A stretch of DNA of 64,000 bases, taken from an uncultured Phycisphaerales bacterium. Lineage in GTDB: Bacteria; Planctomycetota; Phycisphaerae; Sedimentisphaerales; Anaerobacaceae. The stretch lies in contig OY970359.1 in NCBI GenBank assembly GCA_963718665.1, positions 1,152,001 through 1,216,000 on the forward strand, read 5' to 3'. Under the pieces are notes generated by a model. The model saw nothing but the letters and a program-made list of their open reading frames with translations, was not told the DNA's origin and did no database searches. Positions 53,721 to 62,353 of this stretch are shown here, in pieces. Both the position numbers and the translations under genes were made by a program. Within the stretch, counting starts at the first letter, position 1, and every line of letters begins with the position of its first letter.

Positions 53721-55487
53721 ATGATTAGTGAACCATGTAAACAACTTAAAGGCGATGAGGGCTGGCTTGTAATACGCCGGGCCGCAAAAGCCATTCAGGA
53801 TGCCCTGCGGCAGAAGATGGGGGAATTCAAACATCAGGCCGATATTGCGTTTGTTTCTTCTTATACGGCGGACCCACTTGCTGATTATGTGCAGGTTTTC
53901 TCTGCTCAAAATGATTTGGCCGTAAATCAGTATATCGCCCCATACGGGCAGTTTAATCAGGAATTACTGAATCCTCAAAGCGAGCTGTATCGCGCATCTC
54001 CTCAGCTTACATTTCTGTTGATTGAGATCGAACCGCTTCTTGCCAATGATACCATCGATGAACAAACGCAATCATCCGTGCTATCGCGTCTGCAGGATCT
54101 CATTGACGCATTCTTAAAGTATTCCACGGGCATCCTCGTTATTAATACTTTCCCCGCGTGTCCCTCCTGGCCTTTGAATGTTCTGCCTGACCAGCGTCAT
54201 ATCTTAATTGAAAAACTTAACGCCGGCATAATCGAACATTATCAAAGCCATCCTCGAATACAGATTCTCGACCTCGACGCCTTGGTCGCCTATTCCGGCT
54301 GTCAAAACGCGATGTCCTCCCAGATGATGAGTATGGCCCGAATCCCGTTCAGTGAAGCGTTCCTTGGTTTGCTCGCCCGCAGGATTATATCCCATATTAT
54401 CGCGACTAAAGGGCTTGCCCGAAAATGTCTTGTCCTCGACTGCGATAACACGCTCTGGGGCGGAATCATAGGCGAAGACGGCCTCGACGGAATCCAAATC
54501 GGCCACGATTCCCCCGGCCGCGAATATCTCGAATTTCAAAAAACCATCCTCGAACTGTATGAGCAAGGGATAGTTCTTGCCATCAACAGCAAAAATAATT
54601 CCGCGGATGTTATGCAGGTTCTCAACGAACACCCTCAAATGCTCCTGCGAGAAAAGCACTTCGCTTCGATTCTGGTCAACTGGGAACCCAAGCCGCAGAA
54701 TATGCAGAAGATTGCCGAGCAAATAAACATCGGCCTGGATAGCATCGTCTTTATCGACGATAATCCTGCCGAACGAGAGTTGATGAGGCAATCGCTGCCC
54801 CAGGTTGAAACGCTCGATATGCCCGCCGACCCCTCGTTATTTGCTCGAACTTTGCGCGAAACCGGCTTCTTTACCCGCGCCTATTTGACCGAGGAAGACA
54901 AAAATCGCGGACAAATTTACGCCGCCCAGCGTCAGCGTGGCCAGTTCCAGCAGTCCTGTACGACGCTCGAAGATTTTCTTAAATCACTTGAAATGGTCGT
55001 TTCTATTCATCCCGCCAGCAAAGACGATATCAAACGTGTTGCGCAGTTGACCCAGCGAACCAACCAGTTTAATCTGACCACCCGCCGATATACCGAGGCC
55101 GATATTGCCGCGATGGCACAAAACCCGAATTGGCGGATTTACGTCCTCGGATTGAAAGACAAATTCGGCGATAATGGAACGGTAGGGTTGGCCCTCGTGG
55201 AAATCCAGCCGAAGCAATGGCGCGTAGATACATTTTTGATGAGTTGCCGGGTCATTGGCAGACAAGTCGAGGATGCCTTGGTTGACCGGATTTGCCGGGA
55301 TACTGTTAAGGCGGGCTGTGTTGATATATCCGCGGAATATATCCCGTCGGCCAAAAATAATCTGGTAACCGGTTTTTGGGACAAGATGGGCTTCGAAAAA
55401 GAAAACGCGGATGCGCAGCAGGTTCGATATTCTAAGCAGTTAGAAAATTATCAATCGCCACAATTTTTATACCTTAAAATCGTATGA
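53721..55487 (+). CDS. FkbH-like HAD-IIIC protein (glyceryl-ACP loading enzyme family)
   Basis: KCLVLDCDNTLWGGIIGEDG, SKNN, FIDDNPAER, QRTNQFNLTT, DKFGDNG, MSCRVIGR. Confidence 0.92.
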   Translation: MISEPCKQLKGDEGWLVIRRAAKAIQDALRQKMGEFKHQADIAFVSSYTADPLADYVQVFSAQNDLAVNQYIAPYGQFNQELLNPQSELYRASPQLTFLLIEIEPLLANDTIDEQTQSSVLSRLQDLIDAFLKYSTGILVINTFPACPSWPLNVLPDQRHILIEKLNAGIIEHYQSHPRIQILDLDALVAYSGCQNAMSSQMMSMARIPFSEAFLGLLARRIISHIIATKGLARKCLVLDCDNTLWGGIIGEDGLDGIQIGHDSPGREYLEFQKTILELYEQGIVLAINSKNNSADVMQVLNEHPQMLLREKHFASILVNWEPKPQNMQKIAEQINIGLDSIVFIDDNPAERELMRQSLPQVETLDMPADPSLFARTLRETGFFTRAYLTEEDKNRGQIYAAQRQRGQFQQSCTTLEDFLKSLEMVVSIHPASKDDIKRVAQLTQRTNQFNLTTRRYTEADIAAMAQNPNWRIYVLGLKDKFGDNGTVGLALVEIQPKQWRVDTFLMSCRVIGRQVEDALVDRICRDTVKAGCVDISAEYIPSAKNNLVTGFWDKMGFEKENADAQQVRYSKQLENYQSPQFLYLKIV

Positions 55488-55708
55488 TAAAAGACAGGTT
55501 AGAAGTCATATTTCGGCAGTCATTCGAAATAGAAAAATTTACCGAAGATTTATCTATTGATAACGTCCCCGGCTGGGATTCGATGGCCCACGTCGGCCTG
55601 ATTCTCGCCCTTCAAAAAGAATTCGCCGTGTCCATTCCCCCCGCTGATGCGATTGAGTTAACCAGCGTGAAAAACATAATTCAGTATCTGGCAAACCGGA
55701 GTGCTTAG
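55484..55708 (+). CDS. Acyl carrier protein
   Basis: GWDSMAHV phosphopantetheine site; 74 aa; ATGA overlap with the FkbH-like gene. Confidence 0.9.
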   Translation: MIKDRLEVIFRQSFEIEKFTEDLSIDNVPGWDSMAHVGLILALQKEFAVSIPPADAIELTSVKNIIQYLANRSA

Positions 55709-55721
55709 CAGCAGGCAAAAA

Positions 55722-56618
55722 ATGGAAACGAATAATTATGCTAAATTATTAGCTGAGCAGGGCAACTATGTAATCACCGTCGATGGCGTGGACTGGTATC
55801 TTTATTCCGGCTTTATGATGCCCGCCTATCTGCCCCATTGTGTCCCTGCTATATCGGAGGAAATCGCAAGGAAAGTACTCGCGGAGTCAGGCAGGCCTTT
55901 TGTAAGATGGGATGCTCAATTCGGCCAAATTCGGAACAGTGAATGGTGGTACATTCTCAGGAAGGGCTCGTGGTCGATTGACAACGTGAAAGACAAAAAG
56001 AAACGCTGGATGATAAGGCAGGGCAAAAAAGGATTTACAGTCAGACCCTTAACTCCGGAAGAGGCGGTCAAGCTTTGCCCTCAAGTTGCGCTTGCCGCAA
56101 CGGCAAGATATAAAGGTAAGGCCGAAGTGGAAACTAAGGAGGTTATGGAAAAAAGAGTAGAGGCCTCTCAAAAAGTCCCGGGAGTTCTCGAATATCTGGG
56201 CTGCTTCCAGGGCGATAAATTGGCAAGTTTTTCGGAAAACTACATACAGGATAATGCCGTCTGGCTGGCTACTATGAGGCACGACCCCGACTACCTGAAG
56301 AGATATTCAAGTTATGGCTTTATGGATGGCATCCTTGATTATTATCTGAACGAGAAAAAATTCTTGTATGTTCTGGATGGCAGCAGGAGCATTCACCACA
56401 AAACGAACTTTCAGGATTATCTAACGGAAATTTTTGGGTTCACGAAGGAATATGCTCGGCTCAACGCAACTTATTCCGCGAAGTTCGCAGCCCTCGTAAA
56501 AATGGCGTATCCGTTCAGGAATGTTTTGAGCAGGATTTCAGAGAAAACGAATAATTATTTTATAGCCAATATTAACGCCGTGCTGCAACAGGAATACATA
56601 AGAAAAAGCTGCCAATAA
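55722..56618 (+). CDS. Hypothetical protein, possible FemAB/GNAT-like transferase
   Basis: KKRWMIRQG and DPDYLKRYSSY resemble Fem-like folds; coupled to the ACP gene. Confidence 0.5.
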   Translation: METNNYAKLLAEQGNYVITVDGVDWYLYSGFMMPAYLPHCVPAISEEIARKVLAESGRPFVRWDAQFGQIRNSEWWYILRKGSWSIDNVKDKKKRWMIRQGKKGFTVRPLTPEEAVKLCPQVALAATARYKGKAEVETKEVMEKRVEASQKVPGVLEYLGCFQGDKLASFSENYIQDNAVWLATMRHDPDYLKRYSSYGFMDGILDYYLNEKKFLYVLDGSRSIHHKTNFQDYLTEIFGFTKEYARLNATYSAKFAALVKMAYPFRNVLSRISEKTNNYFIANINAVLQQEYIRKSCQ

Positions 56619-56703
56619 GCCGCGTCGATATCCCGGCTTCAAATCACATTTGCATATCGATGATGGATGAGGGGAGTATCAAGGTTGCGCATGCGAGGAG
56701 AAA

Positions 56704-57867
56704 TTAGCTCTTCTTGCTTGAGTGAATCGCTCCCCGTAAACCCTCCATTTTCAGAAAACCCAGTCGCCAGACAACTAAAAACGATACGGCAAAAATCCCA
56801 GTCAATGGAATTAGGTTGTACGGCGTTGAAATCATAGAGGTTAAAAGACCTGCTAATGCATACAGGACGGCCAGCAGATAGCATATCCCAACCGTTCGTT
56901 TCAGAGGTACGCCCCTGTCAATCATCTGGTCGTAAATGTGGCCGCGGTCCGAGACAAACAATGGTTTTTTATTGATAATCCGTCTCAATAAGGCGGTGCC
57001 CGTGTCCAATATCGGCAGCCCGAACACGATTATTGAAGCAATCCACCATCGCGGAGATTTACGTGCAAGCAGCATCATAATCGCTGTGATTACAAACCCG
57101 AGCAGCATGGAGCCGGCGTCACCCATAAAAATCTTGGCGGGATGCCGATTGAAGGGCAGAAAACCGAGAACTCCGCCTACCAGGGCAAGGCAAACTATAA
57201 CTCTGGCCGTATCGCCATGGCTGCTGAATGCGAAAGTGGAACGCTGGATTGCAAGCAAAAGCATTCCGACTGTGATTATAACAGTTACCCCCCCGCACAA
57301 ACCATCAAGCCCGTCTAAAAGATTAAGCGAGTTGGTCGCGCCAATAACAAAAAAAATAACGACCGGAATACCGATTACTATTTCGACGCCTTCGGACATC
57401 TGAAAACCAAAAGGCGCTACGATTTCACTAAAATCCGGTCGCATTCCCGCCAGCATAATGGGCACCGCAGCAAGAACCTGACCGAACACTTTTTTCGCAG
57501 GACTGAGTTCGAAAATGTCATCGATAACGCCGACGAAACAAACTATAATGGCCCCGATAATAATACTAAAAAGTCGCTGCATTACTACTGGCAGAACGGT
57601 TTCATTGCGGACAAAATAAATGCCGCACAATATACCGACTGAAAAACCAATTAGCACCCCGATGCCGCCAAGGTAAGCGACCGGTTTTTTATGCGTTTTG
57701 ACAAGGTCGTCCGGTTTGTCAACTATGTTGAACCGAAGCGCAATCGCTTTGCATAACCATGTGGCAATCAACGCACAGGCAAAAGAAAGTACTAAGACAG
57801 GCCAGAATTGAAGAGACCAGTCGAGCGGTCTTTTGGGGCCAAGCAGTTCGTTTAACACATCATTCAC
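56704..57867 (-). CDS. WecA/TagO/MraY-family polyprenyl-phosphate HexNAc-1-P transferase
   Basis: GVIDD, NSLNLLDGLDGL, PAKIFMGDAGS, DRGHIY; GTG start with GAGG RBS. Confidence 0.9.
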   Translation of the reverse strand: MNDVLNELLGPKRPLDWSLQFWPVLVLSFACALIATWLCKAIALRFNIVDKPDDLVKTHKKPVAYLGGIGVLIGFSVGILCGIYFVRNETVLPVVMQRLFSIIIGAIIVCFVGVIDDIFELSPAKKVFGQVLAAVPIMLAGMRPDFSEIVAPFGFQMSEGVEIVIGIPVVIFFVIGATNSLNLLDGLDGLCGGVTVIITVGMLLLAIQRSTFAFSSHGDTARVIVCLALVGGVLGFLPFNRHPAKIFMGDAGSMLLGFVITAIMMLLARKSPRWWIASIIVFGLPILDTGTALLRRIINKKPLFVSDRGHIYDQMIDRGVPLKRTVGICYLLAVLYALAGLLTSMISTPYNLIPLTGIFAVSFLVVWRLGFLKMEGLRGAIHSSKKS

Positions 57868-58101
57868 ACTAAATCCTCATTCAAGCACAAAAACTTCCAT
57901 TGCCCATTATGTAAGATTGTACGATTTCACGCTAACTTGTCCATAAAAAATATGTGGACATCACGCTGTTTTGGCATATAATTTGTGAACAGATTTCAGC
58001 TATAGCGGCTAATGAACTGAAAATCGCAATAAATAACCCGCCATAGGCGTCTAACAATCCGGACTTATGGACTTATGTATAAGACAGGAAACGAATCGTA
58101 A

Positions 58102-59109
58102 ATGCGTGTGCTGCTTTCCAGTGTAGGGAGACGTGGTTATCTGGCGAAGTACTTCAAGCAGGCACTCGGAGATGCTGGCGAGGTATGGGGTGCAGACAGC
58201 AGTTCCTACTATGCCCCCGCTTTCCGTTATTGCGACCATATTGTGATGTTGCCCAGGGTAGGGGAAACGAGTTACGCCGATAAACTCCTCGCTCTGTGCA
58301 GGAAAAACAAGATAGATATGGTCGTGCCGCTGATAGACCCTGAGTTGGAGATTCTGGCGGCTGAGTATGACAAATTCCGAAGCAACGGCATTATGGTGGT
58401 AGTTTCGCCTGCCAAAACTATTGAAATCGCTTTCGACAAGTACCAGACCTATCTTCACGCCAAAAAGGCCGGAATTGCGGTCCCTGAAACGGTTACGACT
58501 ATAGAAGAAGCCCTTAAGCTTATCGCCTCGGGTAAACTTTCTTGGCCGGTAATGATAAAGCCGCGTAAGGGCAGCGCCTCGATGTTTATCACGCGTTGCC
58601 GTAATGAAAGCGAGTTAAGATTGGCATTTCAGAACTGCCCGGGGCCTGTAATTCAACAATTTGCTTCAGGCGAAGAATATGGCTACGACATTTTCTGCGA
58701 CGGCGATTTCAAGCCCGTTAGTGTCTTCTGCAAGCGGAAAATCGCTATGCGTGCCGGCGAAACCGATAAGGCGGTCAGCGTCAACGATAAAAAACTTATG
58801 GATTTGGGTGTTAAAATTGCCCAGGCCTTTCCTATGTTTGGGCCGGCTGACGCAGATGTCAAAATGGGCAAAAATGGGCCAATGTTACTGGAGGTTAATC
58901 CACGTTTTGGAGGCGGCTATCCCTGCTCTCACCTGTGCGGAGCCGATTTTCCCGCTAAGCTGATTGCCGTATGCAAAGAGCAGAAACTTTCGCCTGACAT
59001 TGGTAATTATCCCGCCGGCGTTTATATGTTCAAACAGGATGAAATAATATCCCCCACTGCCGACGAGCTAAAAAACATTGCCGGCGCACATGGCCCAAAG
59101 GCCGTTTAA
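58102..59109 (+). CDS. ATP-grasp protein (carbamoyl-phosphate-synthase-like/PylC-like)
   Basis: SSVGRR, VPLIDPEL, IKPRKGSAS, RAGETDK, LEVNPRFGGGYP. Confidence 0.88.
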   Translation: MRVLLSSVGRRGYLAKYFKQALGDAGEVWGADSSSYYAPAFRYCDHIVMLPRVGETSYADKLLALCRKNKIDMVVPLIDPELEILAAEYDKFRSNGIMVVVSPAKTIEIAFDKYQTYLHAKKAGIAVPETVTTIEEALKLIASGKLSWPVMIKPRKGSASMFITRCRNESELRLAFQNCPGPVIQQFASGEEYGYDIFCDGDFKPVSVFCKRKIAMRAGETDKAVSVNDKKLMDLGVKIAQAFPMFGPADADVKMGKNGPMLLEVNPRFGGGYPCSHLCGADFPAKLIAVCKEQKLSPDIGNYPAGVYMFKQDEIISPTADELKNIAGAHGPKAV

Positions 59110-59155
59110 TACCCTCGTGTGCGGTCAGGACATTTCCAGTTAAGAGGTATCATTG

Positions 59156-60382
59156 GTGAGTAGATATTTAGCCGGCTTCGTAATACTAATCGGGTTACTT
59201 TTTTGCGCAATTGCCGCGGCCTTGGAGCCCAACGAAATACTGGTTATCGTCAATAAGGATATCCCGGCGTCGGAGGAGTTGGGGCAATACTATTGTCAGC
59301 GGCGAAATGTCCCAAAAGAAAATATCCTGGCCTTGTCTCTCGGCAAAACCCTTGTTGATTCGATTAGCCGGGATGATTACGACAAAAATATCGCCGAACC
59401 GATTCGAAAACGTATTGCTGACCAGACGCCGGGACAGCCAATCCGCTGCCTGCTTACAACATACGGCGTGCCATACAAGGTAGGTCCTCGCGGGCCGCTA
59501 AAAGACCAGCAGGAACGCCTCAAACAACTTGAAGCAACTGCCGGGCAATATGAAAAACAACTCAAGGATTCACATCTGGCGGATGTGAACGCCAAGATAA
59601 ACAATGAGCTTGCCGGGGTAAAAAACGAAATTGACCGGATTTCGGGCAGGGAAACAGATGCGAGCGTTGACAATGAGTTGTCGATGGTATTGTTCGGCCC
59701 TTATGAGCTTTATCGCTGGCAGCCAAACCAGTGGAACAGGCATAGCGATTGTCCCGAAGGTCTGATTCTGGATGTTATGGTTTCCCGCCTCGACGGCCCC
59801 TCTCCGCAAATTGCCCGCGGACTCATCGATAAGGCGCTATATGCCGAAAAAAACGGCCTGCACGGCATTGCTTACATCGATTCTCGCGGTATCCCCGACG
59901 ACAAACAGCCCGGCTCTTATGGCAGTTTCGACCAGAAGCTGCGCAATCTGGCGGTTTTATTGCGTTTTCGCACGACTTTTCCGGTCAGAGAGGAACGAAC
60001 CGAAAAGCTTTTTGGACCGCATAGCTGCCCCCAAACGGCGATTTACTGTGGCTGGTACAGTTTGAAAAAATACATCGATTCCTTCGAGTTCGTGGATGGT
60101 GCGATAGGTGCTCATATCGCCAGCTTCGAGGCGATTGACATTCGAGACCCAAACAGCACTGAATGGTGTCCTTCGATGCTGGTTCACGGCGTTACTGCGA
60201 CTTTTGGCCCCGTGGCAGAACCATATCTCAGCGCATTCCCGGACCCGGAAGAGTTTTTTCTTGAATTAATCGAAGGCAAATGTCTCGCCGAAGCATTTTG
60301 GCGCACACAGCCGTTTTGCTCCTGGCAAATGATGCTGATTGGCGACCCTCTTTATACCCCCTTTGCCAAAAAAGATTCCTGA
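59156..60382 (+). CDS. TIGR03790-like secreted protein
   Basis: Signal peptide, SEELGQYY..R, ASVDNEL, MVSRLDG, CGWYS, GAIGAHIASF, GPVAEPYLSAFP, IGDPLY; GTG with AAGAGG RBS. Confidence 0.8.
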   Translation: MSRYLAGFVILIGLLFCAIAAALEPNEILVIVNKDIPASEELGQYYCQRRNVPKENILALSLGKTLVDSISRDDYDKNIAEPIRKRIADQTPGQPIRCLLTTYGVPYKVGPRGPLKDQQERLKQLEATAGQYEKQLKDSHLADVNAKINNELAGVKNEIDRISGRETDASVDNELSMVLFGPYELYRWQPNQWNRHSDCPEGLILDVMVSRLDGPSPQIARGLIDKALYAEKNGLHGIAYIDSRGIPDDKQPGSYGSFDQKLRNLAVLLRFRTTFPVREERTEKLFGPHSCPQTAIYCGWYSLKKYIDSFEFVDGAIGAHIASFEAIDIRDPNSTEWCPSMLVHGVTATFGPVAEPYLSAFPDPEEFFLELIEGKCLAEAFWRTQPFCSWQMMLIGDPLYTPFAKKDS

Positions 60383-60384
60383 GT

Positions 60385-60562
60385 CGGACATCAGCGCTAT
60401 GCGCATAAGATAGTTACGGGATGCCGAAAAGCGAAGCCGCTTGTCCGACACCTCTGTCTTGTAAACAATTTTAGGCATTGGTATATGTGTTGAGATAAAC
60501 AGCGTACTAAAATAAGACACTGCAACTGCGATTATTATTTTATGTCTGACAGCCAAGCCCAC
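60385..60562 (-). pseudogene. VanZ-like membrane protein remnant
   Basis: TM + STHIPMP..VSDKRLRF matches a VanZ-like N-terminus; similarity is lost after ~45 codons and the ORF runs antisense into the neighbour. Confidence 0.45.
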
Positions 60563-60671
60563 AACCGCTTCTGAATTTTTATTGAATATTGATAATTGAT
60601 AATTTGCCGCCGACTGTCATAATAATCGATTATCGGTTACCAAACATAAATTATCAATAAGGAGCAACGCT

Positions 60672-61007
60672 ATGCTGCAGTCGATAGTCGAGTTTTTCAG
60701 AAGCGCAATTACCGAACAGGTGGCAGGCAATCCGGTCTGGTTCATCGTCGGTTTCGCAGGACAAATGACCTTCGGCGCAAGATTCATTCTCCAGTGGATA
60801 GTCAGCGAATACAAAAAACGTTCTCACGTCCCGGTCGCCTTTTGGTACATTTCTATCATTGGCAGCGTCATTCTTCTGACTTACTCAATTCACCGCAGAG
60901 ACCTTATTTTTATGCTCGGCCTTTCGCTTAATACCCTGATTTACATGCGAAATCTTCACCTGATTCACAAACACGGGACAAAAGAGCCGACCGGCAGCTT
61001 GGGTTAG
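60672..61007 (+). CDS. Lipid-A-disaccharide synthase N-terminal domain (LAB_N) protein
   Basis: GFAGQMTFGARFILQWIVSE..SHVPVAFWY..IYMRNL; RBS AAGGAG. Confidence 0.88.
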   Translation: MLQSIVEFFRSAITEQVAGNPVWFIVGFAGQMTFGARFILQWIVSEYKKRSHVPVAFWYISIIGSVILLTYSIHRRDLIFMLGLSLNTLIYMRNLHLIHKHGTKEPTGSLG

Positions 61008-61043
61008 AAAACCTGCAACATTAAAAATTTGGAGGTCAAAATT

Positions 61044-62342
61044 ATGAGATTAAACGGAGATTCGAAAATTATGAATGGCGTTTTGTCCGCCGGCTGCTGT
61101 CTGGCTGTTTTACTCGCCATAACATTGCCCGCGTTTGGAGAAGCCCCGAGACGAACCCGTTCGGCCGAGGTAAAAGCTATTCAGCTCCCGGAACCAAACA
61201 ATTCGGGCACGGTCAGTTTGGAAACAGCGATTAATACCAGACGCAGCGCTCAGCAGTTCGCCGATAAGCCGCTCAATTACACTCAGATTGGACAATTGCT
61301 CTGGGCAGGCCAGGGCATAATCGATAAGCAGCAGGAACTTCGGGCGGCCCCCTCGGCTGACGACCTGTACCCAATCGAGCTTTATCTTGTCACATCTGAA
61401 GGCCTGTTCGCTTATAATCCCGAACATCATTCGCTTTCGCCTAAGCAGATTTCTACCCTTAACATGCGAAAACAACTCTCGGTTGCCGCCTCCGGACAGG
61501 AACTGGTAGAAAACGCCGCCTGCGATATAATTATCGCCAGCTCCATCCGAAAAGCCGCGAACAAGTATGGTAATAAAGCCCAGAGATTTGTACTGTTAGA
61601 AGCCGGTTATGTCGCCGAAAATATCCAGCTGCAGGCCGCATCAATGGGCCTGACCTCATTGTCCGTCGGCTCGTTTGAACCGAGAAATATCACAAGAATC
61701 TGTGAATTGCCCGCCGGCGAGATTGAGCCGTTGTTGATTGTCTGTGTCGGCTATCCCTTCGTGCAGCAAAAAACTCAGGAACAGGCCGCCGTCCAAACCA
61801 CAAAAAAAGCCGTCATCATTATCACCGCCGCCCAGTATGCTGAAGCGGAGCTTGCCGATATCCTGCGAGTTTTGAAAGAAGCGGGCATCATACCCGTTAT
61901 CGTCACTTCAAAGATTGGGGTCTCGCAGGGGACATTTGGCGGCATCGTCGCCTCCGAGATTACCTTCGACAACTTGAATGTTGCGGATTTCGACGCGGTC
62001 GTCTTTATAGGAGGGCTTGGCGATGTGGATTATTTTAACAATCCGGCCGTGCTCGGCATTGCGCGTGATGCCTCCGCCAGGAACAAAGTCATCGCTGCTA
62101 TCAGCAACGCCGCCACTATTCTGGCAGACGCCGGCGTTCTGCGCGGTATCCGGGCAACAGGTCTGCCGCAGCAGCAGGAGCGAATGAAAAAAGCCGGGGC
62201 ACAATATACCGGCTCCGCTGTTGAACGGGATGGCCCGATTATAACCGCCAACGATTCGTTGGTTGCCGTGCAGTTTGCCCGCGCGATTGTTAGTGCGATT
62301 AAAACAAATCAGCCGAAATCCGACAAAACACCGGCAAAGTAA
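61044..62342 (+). CDS. Secreted SagB/nitroreductase-like + DJ-1/PfpI fusion protein
   Basis: Signal peptide; RRS..QLLWAGQG..RAAPSA..LYPIELY..LEAG; then DFDAVVFIGG..IAAIS..ERDGPIITA; RBS GGAGG. Confidence 0.8.
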   Translation: MRLNGDSKIMNGVLSAGCCLAVLLAITLPAFGEAPRRTRSAEVKAIQLPEPNNSGTVSLETAINTRRSAQQFADKPLNYTQIGQLLWAGQGIIDKQQELRAAPSADDLYPIELYLVTSEGLFAYNPEHHSLSPKQISTLNMRKQLSVAASGQELVENAACDIIIASSIRKAANKYGNKAQRFVLLEAGYVAENIQLQAASMGLTSLSVGSFEPRNITRICELPAGEIEPLLIVCVGYPFVQQKTQEQAAVQTTKKAVIIITAAQYAEAELADILRVLKEAGIIPVIVTSKIGVSQGTFGGIVASEITFDNLNVADFDAVVFIGGLGDVDYFNNPAVLGIARDASARNKVIAAISNAATILADAGVLRGIRATGLPQQQERMKKAGAQYTGSAVERDGPIITANDSLVAVQFARAIVSAIKTNQPKSDKTPAK

Positions 62343-62353
62343 CCCGGGCAGAC

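Noticed and set aside
60581..60605. ATTGA(A/T)(T/A) heptamer run between the VanZ remnant and the LAB_N gene
   Set aside because: Short AT-rich run of about three units; too weak to interpret
61044..61760. SagB-type dehydrogenase as a marker of an azole RiPP cluster
   Set aside because: No YcaO or adjacent precursor; the protein is exported and has degenerate motifs
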